A DNA stretch of 64,000 nt from the human T2T-CHM13v2.0 reference genome, Homo sapiens, in NCBI RefSeq assembly GCF_009914755.1, contig NC_060942.1; one strand, written 5' to 3'. Numbering within the stretch: the first letter of the stretch is position 1; every line of letters begins with the position of its first letter. Below the pieces are notes generated by a model. That model did not search any database and was not told the origin of the DNA. It saw only the letters and a list, made by a program, of their open reading frames with translations. Positions 43,489 through 57,496 of this stretch are shown piece by piece. Position numbers and translations under genes: made by a program.

Positions 43489-44934
43489 GTTGGCTTCTCC
43501 AGTTCACTGGTGGGCCTGCACCACAGCAGTTGGCTTCTCCAGTTCACTGGTGGGCCTGCACCGCAGCAGTTGGCTTCGTCAGTTCACTGGTGGGCCTGCA
43601 CCGCAGCAGTTGGCTTCGCCAGTTCACTGGTGGGCCTGCACCGCAGCAGTTGGCTTCTCCAGTTCACTGGTGGGCCTGCACCGCAGCAGTTGGCTTCTCC
43701 AGTTCACTGGTGGGCCTGCACCGCAGCAGTTGGCTTCTCCAGTTCACTGGTGGGCCTGCACCGCAGCAGTTGGCTTCGTCAGTTCACTGGTGGGCCTGCA
43801 CCGCAGCAGTTGGCTTCTCCAGTTCACTGGTGGGCCTGCACCGCAGCAGTTGGCTTTGTCAGTTCACTGGTGGGCCTGCACCGCAGCAGTTGGCTTCTCC
43901 AGTTCACTGGTGGGCATGCACCGCAGCAGTTGGCTTCGTCAGTTCACTGGTAGGCCTGCACCAGAGCAGTTGGCTTCTCCAGTTCACTGGTGGGCCTGCA
44001 CCGCAGCAGTTGGCTTCGCCAGTTCACTGGTGGGCCTGCACCGGAGCAGTTGGCTTCTCCAGTTCACTGGTGGGCCTGCACCGCAGCAGTTGGCTTCTCC
44101 AGTTCACTGGTGGGCCTGCACCGCAGCAGTTGGCTTCGTCAGTTCACTGGTGGGCCTGCACCGGAGCAGTTGGCTTCTCCAGTTCACTGGTGGGCCTGCA
44201 CCGCAGCAGTTGGCTTCTCCAGTTCACTGGTGGGCCTGCACCGCAGCAGTTGGCTTCTCCAGTTCACTGGTGGGCCTGCACCGCAGCAGTTGGCTTCTCC
44301 AGTTCACTGGTGGGCCTGCACCGCAGCAGTTGACTTCGCCAGTTCACTGGTGGGCCTGCACCGGAGCAGTTGGCTTCTCCAGTTCACTGGTGGGCCTGCA
44401 CCGCAGCAGTTGGCTTCGCCAGTTCACTGGTGGGCCTGCACCGCAGCAGTTGGCTTCGTCAGTTCACTGGTGGGCCTGCACCGGAGCAGTTGGCTTCTCC
44501 AGTTCACTGGTGGGCCTGCACCGCAGCAGTTGGCTTCACCAGTTCACTGGTGGGCCTGCACCGCAGCAGTTGGCTTCGTCAGTTCACTGGTGGGCCTGCA
44601 CCGGAGCAGTTGGCTTCTCCAGTTCACTGGTGGGCCTGCACCGCAGCAGTTGGCTTCGCCAGTTCACTGGTGGGCCTGCACCGCAGCAGTTGGCTTCGTC
44701 AGTTCACTGGTGGGCCTGCACCGGAGCAGTTGGCTTCTCCAGTTCACTGGTGGGCCTGCACCGCAGCAGTTGGCTTCTCCAGTTCACTGGTGGGCCTGCA
44801 CCGCAGCAGTTGGCTTCTCCAGTTCACTGGTGGGCCTGCACCGCAGCAGTTGGCTTCGCCAGTTCACTGGTGGGCCTGCACCGCAGCAGTTGACTTCTCC
44901 AGTTCACTGGTGGGCATGCACCGGAGCAGTTGGT
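43489..44934. repeat. 40-bp VNTR, ~36 copies
   Basis: GTTGGCTTCTCCAGTTCACTGGTGGGCCTGCACCGCAGCA, with a strict 40-bp period. Confidence 0.98.
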
Positions 44935-45473
44935 TGGTTGTCCTGAGCATACCACCAGGGGGTTAAAGTGTTTTCAGGCTGGAAGCATTTGACACCATGG
45001 CTCCCTGGGGTCTGTGGAGGTTCTGAGGCAAGGACTTTCCTTGCAGGTCTGTTTACCCAGCAGAGAGGGCAGTAGGGTCTGAATGGTGTGGTGCACGTGG
45101 TGCCACGTGGTTTTGAGACGTGCTGGGAACTGGTTTTGTTGGATGACTCGCTCTAGACCACAGTGGCAGTGTTGAAGCTTTCCAGCCACGGCTCTGTGGA
45201 TGTGTGCAGTGTTGGGAATCAGGCTGGGCTGCCCTTGTTCCTTCTTCACATTCCTCAGACGTTGTGCTTTACAGCCACAGTTTCAGTAACCGCTGCCAGA
45301 GCCCCACCTGTGCGTGTTCTCCAGGATGGCTGCGTCTGGGCTCTGGGCGACTGAACCAGGTGCAGAGCGTCAGCCACAGCTGACGACTGCACTGCACTGG
45401 ACTCCAGCCTGGGGCTCCCACCCCTGTGGCTGCACAGGAGACAAAACAACAACACTTGTTCCTTTGAAGCTGT

Positions 45474-46046
<573 letters not shown>

Positions 46047-46054
46047 CTCTGGCT

Positions 46055-47290
<1,236 letters not shown>

Positions 47291-48653
47291 TCCCTCTAAA
47301 TACATTTCTACACTCAGAATGTTGGAACTTAGGGAAGACCCTGGAGCCCTCCTGATCTGTAGAAGGAAGGGAGAAGGTTGGACCCACCTGGAGGCGATGC
47401 TCAGAGGTGATGGCGTCCATGGTCCAGGCCCAGCCCGTAGCCCTCTCTGATGTACCCATGCCCTCGGACCTCCCCTGAGAGAGCTGAGAGGCCAGAACCC
47501 CACAGAGTTTGGTACTTACTATACTTGTGTATTTTGAGGCAAATAACTTGTTTAGAAGTTGCATGTCATGGCTTTCTCATGGATTTTCTTTAGGACAAAC
47601 CAGAAAACATTTATTGGTGACTGATTGGACGTTTTTGGGCTGAGCTCTTTGGTTGGGTGTTTTTACGTTTGTGTATCCGCATTCAAGAATCCACAACGTG
47701 TCACACCCCTTTTTAAGGTGTGGAGACGTTTCTCTGCCTGGAGCGTGGAGGCTGGAATGAGAGCGTTCAGGGCTTTTCACCCCTGTTTTCTGTCAGCATC
47801 TGCAAAGACGAAGTGTAGAAATGTCTCGTATTAAGAAAAGACGTTGCTCTCTGCTCCCTGTCTGCACGCGGGTTTCCCAGCCTTTGCACACACAGACATT
47901 CTGAGCCAGATGGCCTGGCTGGGAGCATCCTGCATGCTGTGGGTTGCTGAGCAGCTTCCCTGCCTCCAGGTGTGATATCCAGGAGTGTCTCCAGCCACTA
48001 CAGGAGTCCTGGGGTGGGGGGTGGAGCAGAGCCTGCACTAGAATAAGACAGTCAGAACCTTTCAACCGCAGTACAGAAAATTACGTGACTCCGACGTGGC
48101 CAGTATGCGAGTGATTTTCTACGAAGGCCTGTGTTTGGTCACGTTGCTGGAAGCCTGCGGAGTGCTGCCTGCGTGCACTGGGCGCAGGTGCCCTTGGCGT
48201 CAGGAGCCGGCCTTGTCTCTGCCACCGGGACCTTGCGTGGTTGCCATTTCCAGCCCTCACCTGCTTCCTACTCGTCTGTCAAGACCCAGCTGTTACAGCT
48301 GCTGTGACACTGTTCTAGAAGCTTCCTTCCTCGTGTAGAACTAGGCATCTGCTGTAGTCATCTGCCGGTGGCACCTCCGTCTTGCAGTCGCTCTCGTCTG
48401 ACTCGTATTACACTGTTGGTGACAGCAGGCAGTGCGCACCCGACTCAGCTTATAGTCAACTTTCTTCAGACCTCAGGCTGCGCTGGTGGCCCAAGGGAGG
48501 CTGTTTGTGGGAAGCAGGGCCAGCTTACACTCGCTCTTAGACCTGTGCTGGGGAAGGCAGGTGGCACCTGGGCTTGCTACCAGCCCTTCCTTGGAGCAGG
48601 AGGCCCCCGTCCTTTGTGGCAGCCTAGTGTCAATGTGTGACGGGTCACACAGC

Positions 48654-50311
48654 TTCCCAGGCAGGACTCGGGCTGGGGAACAGTGGACAGCTCCCAGGGT
48701 GGACTCGGTGTGGGGAGGAGTGGACGGCTCCCAGGGTGGACTCGGGGTGGGGGAGGAGTGGACGGCTCCCAGGGTGGACTCGGGGTGGGGAGGAGTGGAC
48801 GGCTCCCAGGGTGGACTCGGGGTGGGGAGGAGTGGACGGCTCCCAGGGTGGACTCGGGGTGGGGGAGGAGTGGACGGCTCCCAGGGTGGACTCGGGGTGG
48901 GGGAGGAGTGGACGGCTCCCAGGGTGGACTCGGGGTGGGGGAGGAGTGGACAGCTCCCTGGGTGGGGGAGGAGTGGACGGCTCCCAGGGTGGACTCGGGG
49001 TGGGGGAGGAGTGGACGGCTCCCAGGGTGGACTCGGGGTGGGGAGGAGTGGACGGCTCCCAGGGTGGACTCGGGGTGGGGAGGAGTGGACGGCTCCCAGG
49101 GTGGACTCGGGGTGGGGGAGGAGTGGACGGCTCCCAGGGTGGACTCGGGGTGGGGGAGGAGTGGACGGCTCCCAGGGTGGACTCGGGGTGGGGAGGAGTG
49201 GACGGCTCCCAGGGTGGACTCGGGGTGGGGAGGAGTGGACGGCTCCCAGGGTGGACTCGGGGTGGGGGAGGAGTGGACGGCTCCCAGGGTGGACTCGGGG
49301 TGGGGGAGGAGTGGACGGCTCCCAGGGTGGACTCGGGGTGGGGAGGAGTGGACGGCTCCCAGGGTGGACTCGGGGTGGGGAGGAGTGGACGGCTCCCAGG
49401 GTGGACTCGGGGTGGGGGAGGAGTGGACGGCTCCCAGGGTGGACTCGGGGTGGGGGAGGAGTGGACGGCTCCCAGGGTGGACTCGGGGTGGGGAGGAGTG
49501 GACGGCTCCCAGGGTGGACTCGGGGTGGGGAGGAGTGGACGGCTCCCAGGGTGGACTCGGGGTGGGGGAGGAGTGGACGGCTCCCAGGGTGGACTCGGGG
49601 TGGGGGAGGAGTGGACGGCTCCCAGGGTGGACTCGGGGTGGGGAGGAGTGGACGGCTCCCAGGGTGGACTCAGGGTGGGGAGGAGTGGACGGCTCCCAGG
49701 GTGGACTCGGGGTGGGGAGGAGTGGACGGCTCCCAGGGTGGACTCGGGGTGGGGAGGAGTGGACGGCTCCCAGGGTGGACTCGGGGTGGGAGAAGAGTGG
49801 ACGGCTCCCAGGGTGGACTCGGGGTGGGGAGGAGTGGACGGCTCCCAGGGTGGACTCGGGGTGGGGAGGAGTGGACGGCTCCCAGGGTGGACTCGGGGTG
49901 GGAGAAGAGTGGACGGCTCCCAGGGTGGACTCGGGGTGGGGAGGAGTGGACGGCTCCCAGGGTGGACTCGGGGTGGGGGAGGAGTGGACGGCTCCCAGGG
50001 TGGACTCGGGGTGGGGGAGGAGTGGACGGCTCCCAGGGTGGACTCGGGGTGGGGGAGGAGTGGACAGCTCCCTGGGTGGGGGAGGAGTGGACGGCTCCCA
50101 GGGTGGACTCGGGGTGGGGGAGGAGTGGACGGCTCCCAGGGTGGACTCGGGGTGGGGAGGAGTGGACGGCTCCCAGGGTGGACTCGGGGTGGGGAGGAGT
50201 GGACGGCTCCCAGGGTGGACTCGGGGTGGGAGAAGAGTGGACGGCTCCCAGGGTGGACTCGGGGTGGGGAGGAGTGGACGGCTCCCAGGGTGGACTCCGG
50301 GTGGGGAACAG
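48654..50311. repeat. G-rich 37/38-bp VNTR, ~44 copies
   Basis: GGACGGCTCCCAGGGTGGACTCGGGGTGGGG(G)AGGAGT. Confidence 0.98.
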
Positions 50312-50739
50312 TGGAGAAAACCTTTGCAGAACACACTCTGCAGGCGTTTGTCAGCCGTTGATCCATTTGTGTGAAGCCCCACTGGCTGGAAGGTGCCCCC
50401 CGCCCGCCATGGAGTTTTCTGGGCACCTTGGTGGGTCGTCTGTCGGTCATACCTTTGAGTCTTTCTGGACTCCTCTGTTCCATGCGTTTATGTTGTATGC
50501 CTGATAAGTTCTGAAGTCACGTAGTAAAAGTTCTCTGTTATTTTTGAAAATTGAGATTCCAGGTTTTCTGAACTTCCATATAAATTTCAGAAGCAACTTG
50601 TCAATTTCTACAAAAAAACACCTGTTTATTGGTTAAACTAGAGCCACCCCAGATCCTTCTTCATGTTAACATGTTTAGGAGAGATTGGCAAAATCCTCCT
50701 AGTTCATATTTGAGGATTCCTTTCCCTCTCTTCCCCTTG

Positions 50740-50938
50740 CAGGGGGTAGAGCAAGGAGGAGCCCGCGGTGAGCTGGTGTCTTGCATGGGGCAGGGGGTAG
50801 AGCGAGGAGCCCGCCGTGAGCTGGTGTCCTGCGTGGGGCAGAGGGTAGAGCAAGGAACCCGCCGTGAGCTGGTGTCCTGTGTGGGGCAGGGGGTAGAATG
50901 AGGAGCCTGCCATGAGCTGGTGTCCTGTGTGGGGCAGG
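50740..50938. repeat. ~49-bp tandem repeat x4
   Basis: AGGGGGTAGAGC.AGGAGCCCGCCGTGAGCTGGTGTCCTG.GTGGGGC. Confidence 0.88.
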
Positions 50939-51579
50939 AGCTGTGCAGAGTTTCCTTGCAGAAGGCTGATTGCAAAATGATGTCAGCTGGAGACCAGGGA
51001 AGCCTGTTAGAGGGGCTGGGGCTCCCAAGTGGGGTTGCTGCCAGGACTGGGGGAGCAGTGCCCAGGGAAAGGACGTGGGGCCATTGGGAGGACTGGGTTT
51101 GGGTGTTGGCGGTGGGGCCGCAGAGCCCTGTGGATGGACGAAAACAGCTCAGCCGGGGAGTTGGGGGCTGCCAGGCATCGGAGAGGAGCCTGGATGTGGA
51201 GGCCCCGAGTGCGATGGCGGTAGGGACACAGACTCCTGGGCGGGGATGGCCCCTGTGGCCTCAGCAAGCAGGGAGCAGGTGTCCCTGAGGCCTGTGAAGC
51301 CTGGCAGTGTCTTTGAGCAGGTGTGGTGACCGGGAGGGAGGATGGTCCAGTGTGGGGTTTGTGCGTTTTTTTTGTTTTTGTTTTTGTTTTTTTTCAGAGA
51401 TTGGGTTTTTAGGTTAAGTCTCTGCTCATTGGGGCATTTTAGGGCAGAACTCTAATCATTCATTGTAAAGTATTTTGATAAAATTAAGGAAATCATACTT
51501 GTCACCTTAGAAAGTTTAACACACTTTTTCAAACAAGGTGTCACTATTTTGTTGTCTGGTTTAAGAAAAAAACCTGATA

Positions 51580-51750
51580 CAGGTTGAGTCTCCCATATCC
51601 AAACTGCTTGGAAACAGAAGTGTTTTGGATTTCTGGATTTTTTTGGATTTTGGAATATTTGCACGTATACATGACGAGATGTCTTGGGGATGGGACGTGA
51701 GTAAACGCGGAATCCATTTGTGTTGCACATGCACTGTGTACGCACAGGCC
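51580..51750. mobile_element. Tigger4/Zombi (MER46-type) terminal fragment
   Basis: TA|CAGGTTGAGTCTCCCATATCCAAACTGCTTGGAAACAGAAGTGTTTTGGATTTC. Confidence 0.7.
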
Positions 51751-51904
51751 CAGGACCCGGAGGAGCTCAGATTCTTGATAGTCACCGGCAGCCCACTCCA
51801 TCCCCGAGGGCTCGGAGCCCCGCACCGTGTGTCCTCAGCACCGTTCCTCCTCCAGGGTGATCCGCACACGCCCATCCTCCTCCCCAGGAAGAACTCCCCT
51901 CCAC

Positions 51905-52062
51905 TCCCCTCCAGGCTACAGACCCGCCCCTCCCATTCTCCCTGCAGGATGCTGGCTACAGACCCGCCCCTCCGAGTCTCCCTGAAGGATGCAGGCTACA
52001 GACCCGCCCCTCCGCTCCCCTGCAGGATGCAGGCTGCAGACCCGCCCCTCCCAGTCTCCCAG
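51905..52062. repeat. ~40-bp tandem repeat x4, each with a GC-box-like CCCGCCCCTC
   Basis: GGCTACAGACCCGCCCCTCC...CCCTGCAGGATG. Confidence 0.85.
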
Positions 52063-52221
52063 CACAGCCTGCCATGGCACAGTGGGCATGGAGGATGTGG
52101 CTCCGCCTTGTTTCCGCCTGTGGCCTGATCCTTGCGCCCTCTCGATGACATGGCTGGGGGTCTTGGTGGGCCATGGGGCATCCCGCCTGGAAAGGTCCCA
52201 TTGACAGATGCAGCTTGGGTG

Positions 52222-52610
52222 GCTGTCTCATGTCCGCGGGTCAGGGTGGTCGGAGCAGCCCGGCTGGGACAGGAGTGTGGGGGCTGTGAGCACCTAGGGG
52301 CGGGTGCTGAGTGCTGGGCGGCCTCATGTCTGCAGGGCAGGGTGGTCGGAGCAGCCCGGCTGGGACGGGAGTGTGGGGGCTACAGGCACCTAGGGGTGGG
52401 CGCTGAGTGCTGGGCGGTCTCATGTCCACGGGGTGGGGTGGTCGGAGCAGCCCGGCTGGGGTGGGAGTGTGGGGGCTGCGGACACCTAGGGTCAGGCGCT
52501 GAGTGCTGGGTGGTCTCATGTTCGCAGGGTGGGGCGGTCGGAGCAGCCCGGCTGGGGTGGGAGTGTGGGGGCTGAGGGCACCTAGGGGCGGGCGCTGAGT
52601 GCCAGGCGGC
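52222..52610. repeat. ~96-bp tandem repeat x4
   Basis: GGTCGGAGCAGCCCGGCTGGG recurs at ~52248, 52344, 52440 and 52537. Confidence 0.92.
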
Positions 52611-52979
52611 CTCTGGTCTCATAGCCTTCAGATTTCAGCACTTCTTCCATGGCTTCTGCCAGAAGACCACTGTTTGGACAAATAAAACAGTTTGTGTTTA
52701 TATAAAACGAACATTACAGTCATTTTGTCAGGAAAATGTAGTTGCATCAGCCTCTGTCTAGACTGGGAATGATATGAAAGTTTTAGATTTTATAAATTCT
52801 CTAACGGAAATGTCAGAGGATCACATATAAATAGTGTGTTTTGAGACAACTTTATGTTATCCCCAAGTCTCCTCTTTGGACCAGACATCCTTAGTTTTTT
52901 CAGCTGTTCCACGGGTGGCACGGGGGTGGTGAGGTGTGGTGGCGTGTCATTTTTCATGAGAGACACCTGTAGGTGGAAA

Positions 52980-53090
52980 GTCCTTTCATTTTATAGACAA
53001 AGAAATGCCCTCAAGGGGTGATGTCACCTGCCTACAAAGTTATGCAAGGGTTAGTGTAGAATTGGTACAAAAACCTAGATTTTAAAATTC
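52980..53090 (-). mobile_element. MIR fragment just upstream of exon 2
   Basis: CATTTTATAGACAAAGAAA...TCACCTGCC...AAGTTATGCA resembles the antisense MIR core. Confidence 0.5.
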
Positions 53091-53157
53091 TTACTTGGGG
53101 GCTCTTTTGATAAACCAAGAGATTTTAAAGTGTTGTTCCCCTTGTGTTTTTTTGTAG

Positions 53158-53241
53158 AGCGGTTCTGGTGAGGTTGGAAGGATGCAGCCACCCGGTTGTC
53201 ATGAAAGGCCTGTGTGCTGAATGTGGCCAAGACCTCACCCA
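53158..53241 (+). CDS. CTDP1: CTDP1 coding exon 2 (84 nt)
   Basis: Acceptor tgttttttttgtag| and donor CA|GTAAGT. In frame with exon 1: (G)AVLVRLEGCSHPVVMKGLCAECGQDLT(Q). Confidence 0.97.
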
Positions 53242-53909
53242 GTAAGTATCCGGAAGAGTGAGATCGCTGCCTGCTGGGGCTCGAGGTGGTGGCCTCCGGG
53301 GAGTCCGAGAAGCTGTGCTGGGAACACAGTGAGGCCCTTGGTTTCCCAGCGGCAGATGCAGACGCCTCCCTTGGGCCCCATACGAGTCACACTCAATGGG
53401 TTTCCCTGGAGGCAGTCCTTCCTGCTCTGTGACCCCAGCCTCATGCCATTCTCAGGTGTGGTGGGGGGGCATGCTGGAGGGCCGAGACCTGTTTTCTCCT
53501 GACTGAAGACGCAGATCGCTGAGTGCCTGGAGCAGCCCCTCCCTCTGGGCCGCTGAGCGCCCCATGCTGGGGGCTGCTTTACCTCTAATGCCAAGTGGGA
53601 GGTGCGGCAGCTACTTTTTCTGTGTTTTCATGGTTGAGGGCCTGTTTCTGCTTCTGTGTGACTTTGCAGTTTGTTTTCATGAAGGACTATGGCTCTGTGT
53701 GTTCATGAGTGTGGCCACGAGCTCAGTGTTTCCACCAGTTTTCCTGTCTGTGGAGAATGTTTCCACGTTTGCCGACAGAATCAAGTCTGTGCTAAGATAG
53801 CAGTGTGTGTCCGTTAAAACATCAGCTAGAATCCTGTCACTTAGAGCCCAGTGTGCATCTGTGCGCAGAGACTCAGCTGAAAGCCCTGAACCTGTCCTTG
53901 CACTTGCAG

Positions 53910-54003
53910 GTTGCAGAGTAAGAACGGGAAGCAGCAGGTGCCGCTGTCCACGGCGACCGTGTCCATGGTGCACAGCGTGCCGGAGTTGATGGTGAGCTCC
54001 GAG
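53910..54003 (+). CDS. CTDP1: CTDP1 coding exon 3 (94 nt)
   Basis: Acceptor ccttgcacttgcag| and donor GAG|GTGAGC. Encodes (Q)LQSKNGKQQVPLSTATVSMVHSVPELMVSSE. Confidence 0.96.
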
Positions 54004-55792
54004 GTGAGCCGGGCATCAGTGGCGGCGTGTTGGGGAAGCGTGGTGCTCTGAGGAGGGCGGCTGCAGGAGGAGGGTGGCTGCAGAAGCACGGACGTGTGGT
54101 TGTCGTCGTCGTTACTGAAACAACCCCTCATCACACGGATGACTTATGGGACTGCGGCCTTCCTGAAGCAGGGACGGTTGCCCTTGGTTCTCCACAGACA
54201 AGTCTGCCTGCAAAAGCGACTCAGGGCCCCGAGGCTGTGTGACCTGCGTGTCGGGAACACCAGGTGCTGCCGCCGCAGCTGTGAACAGCCAGGCTCAGCC
54301 TGGGTTCCCTTGAGCCAAGTCCTAACTGGGGAGGGATGTGACAGCTGCTCATGGAGCTCAGGAGGTGGCCGCGCTGCCGAGGCATGTGCTGGATGACCCG
54401 GGAGGGCAAAGCGTATATTGGGGCAGATAATGGCGAGGAGTCGGTGGCCGGGGGTAGGGGCGGGGGGACGCGGTTGGTAGCACCTTGTTGGCTACAGGAG
54501 CGGCTGCTGCTGGCACCATTGGGAAGCTGGCTCGGGAGAGTGGGCACATGCAGGGGCGGGTTGGGGGTCCCAGGAGTGTTTGCCTTGTAGCCGACAGGAG
54601 AGCCCATGGGGGGTACGCAGGGTGGAGAGGACGGGCAGGTGTTCACGTGCCCAGTTAAGAGTGAGATGGGTTTTTATCTTCGAGTGCTACGCCTCGTTTA
54701 TGTATTTCAGGAGTTGCTGGGGCACTGTGGGTCAGCGGCTCCGGGCACCTCCTGTGCTTGAGGCAGACACCGTCTCCCCGACCTCGCTTCACCCCGTGGG
54801 TGAAAATGCTCTGGGAGCTGAGAAAAACTAGTTTGTGATCTTACAGACTTTCAGGGCTGCACAGTTTTGTAAATAGGTAAAACACTTTCCAGTGTTACGA
54901 TTTTAGTAAATTCGTGCTTTTAAATGATGGACACCAATTTCAGTCTATCTTTTTATGGGAAAAGCAAAATGCCAGATACAGGATTCTGGGTTTTCTGAAT
55001 TACCAAACTTTAAACAAATGTAAAATGTGTATGCGTAAACCAAAGCTGGCAAGTTTGAGGGTGAAGGGAGGAGGAAGTACCCCCCATCTTTCTGGCACCT
55101 GCCAGCCCTTCCGTGCGTTTCCCTTCGGGGATGGGCACGGGAGGAGGTCCCCCCTGAGCGGGACCAGGATTTTGTTGTGAAGAGTGAGGGCCAGTTACAG
55201 TGAGAAAGGCAGCGTGGTGCGTCACATCCCGTGTCCCATGCCGGGCTCCTGATGCCAGGGTGACCGGGCCCTTGTTAGGAGCTCCACTCTGGGCCCCGCG
55301 TGGAGGGACACCCCGATGCGCTGTTGCCAGGCCCCCGGGTCTCTTCGAGGCACAAGAATAGGCTGAGCGTGGAAGGTTCTGAGCGCGGGAGATTCTGAGC
55401 GCATTGCCCTTACCAGTCTCTGCTGCCCAGCTTGGGCCACCCAGCGTCTCCCAGCCGGCCGACTTGGTTTCTTCATTAATTTTGCAGTTCACTTTTATTG
55501 AGCACTCCATACTGTTGAATCCAGCTTTTATAGAAACAACCAGTTTCCCTTCCCCCTCCGTTTTCATTGGCTCATGTATTTAACTGAATTATAAAATTGT
55601 GGTCACAAGCGAGGTTGCCGTGACCAGGTTGGTGACCCAGCCCTGCCTCTCGGCCTGTACGGCGCAGTCCATGGAGCGTGGGGGGCTGGAGGGGAACACA
55701 TTGATATAGTTTTGTGTTTCTCGATGAAATGGAGTTTTACCTTGGATGCAAACATACTGACTTTGTCATTTCTTGTTTCTTTTTAATTGTAG

Positions 55793-55921
55793 CAAGCTGA
55801 ACAGCTGGGAAGAGAAGACCAGCAGCGACTGCACCGAAACCGGAAGCTGGTGCTCATGGTGGACTTGGACCAGACGTTGATTCACACAACCGAGCAGCAC
55901 TGTCAGCAGATGTCGAATAAA
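55793..55921 (+). CDS. CTDP1: CTDP1 coding exon 4 (129 nt); start of the FCP-homology HAD phosphatase domain with catalytic DxDxT
   Basis: Acceptor tttctttttaattgtag| and donor AAA|GTGAGT. Encodes QAEQLGREDQQRLHRNRKLVLMVDLDQTLIHTTEQHCQQMSNK. DLDQT lies at 55862-55876; its first Asp is codon 188 by my count. Confidence 0.98.
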
Positions 55922-57133
55922 GTGAGTGCAGTCAGCATCTACGGACAGTTTCCCAGGAACCGCGGGTCCCAGAATTTTGATTCAGAAGTGTGTTCTCTTG
56001 TTTTTTAGATGATTTCCCGTAGGTCAGCCTGGGTTTGGAAAGCAGACTTGCTAGTTCTGGGCGTGGGCCGTGTGTCTGCTGGGCTGTTGGGGAGCATCCG
56101 CGGCTCCCGGGCAGACATCCCGACGCCCACTGTGTCTCACGCTTCCTTCCGTGTGTGTGGGAACCCTTTGTGTGCCTGCCCGGCACGATGTCGGAGAAGG
56201 CAGAAACGTCCCGAGCCTGTGAGGATGGTGTGGTGGATGGTGCGAGGCGTGTCCTGAGAGGGGCAGTCTTGGTGGGGAGGACGTTGGTGTTGGATGCCTT
56301 TATGTTGCTAGGATGTCAAGGGCAGGTGGACGCCTGGGTTTGTGCTTGGGAGAACTGGGCTGGAGGAAAAGCCTGGGTGGGAGGTGACCAGCGTACATTC
56401 TCCAGGGGAAACACGGGGAAATGCAGGGTGAGGGCAGAACCCTGTTTAATGCACACGAAACCCTTCCTGTGCCTCAGCTGTGTCCTCAGGATGGAACCAG
56501 AGAAGCTGAATTTCTAGACCGAAGGCTTTGAATGTCTGTGCCCAGAGGCTTGCGCAGAGGCTTGTGTCGGCCTAGACGGTGGCCATCAGGGAGGCCCTCA
56601 CCAACACTGAGTTGTTTTTTAAGTGTTTGCTATTGAACAGTATGTGGACTCTGGCGTTAGATTTGGGATTTCAGAGGCCCATCAGTTCTGACCTTACCAG
56701 TTCTAAAGGTTCCTGGGGATCCTGCAGGTCCCAATAGCAGACACCCAGCAGGCTGGAGGATGCACCACGGAGCCGGGCATCCTCCGCTGCTGAATGCCGG
56801 GGCGTGGTACCAACAGCTGGGACAGATTGATGACAGTTACACATAAGTCAAATTTGTGACAAGCTTCATCTGGAAGAAGTTTGGTTAAGTTTGGCCTTGT
56901 AAGTCAGTCAGGTGGTCAGGGTGAGCTGCACAGACCCCCCAGGTGGCACAAACTCTCGCGTTTTATGCTGTTTGCAGAATGGAGAGAATCGAGTAACTGC
57001 CGTGCTGCACAGGAGTTTGTTTAGGGCCGGAATTCAGGTCTAACCCACAAAACAGCTTCTATTTCTGGCTGTGTTAGTCATTTGTGTGTCTCGTGGCATC
57101 TTACACAGCAGTCTATTCTTCTGTGCAGTATAA

Positions 57134-57496
<363 letters not shown>

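Noticed and set aside
43472-44966. ORFs of up to 473 aa, and a CRISPR-like look from short repeats with a hairpin
   Set aside because: Pure 40-bp tandem repeat with no unique spacers and no cas genes, in a human intron. The ORFs exist only because the unit lacks stop codons.
48486-50504. 563-672 aa ORFs on both strands
   Set aside because: Translations of the 37/38-bp G-rich VNTR, open in several frames, with no coding signature.
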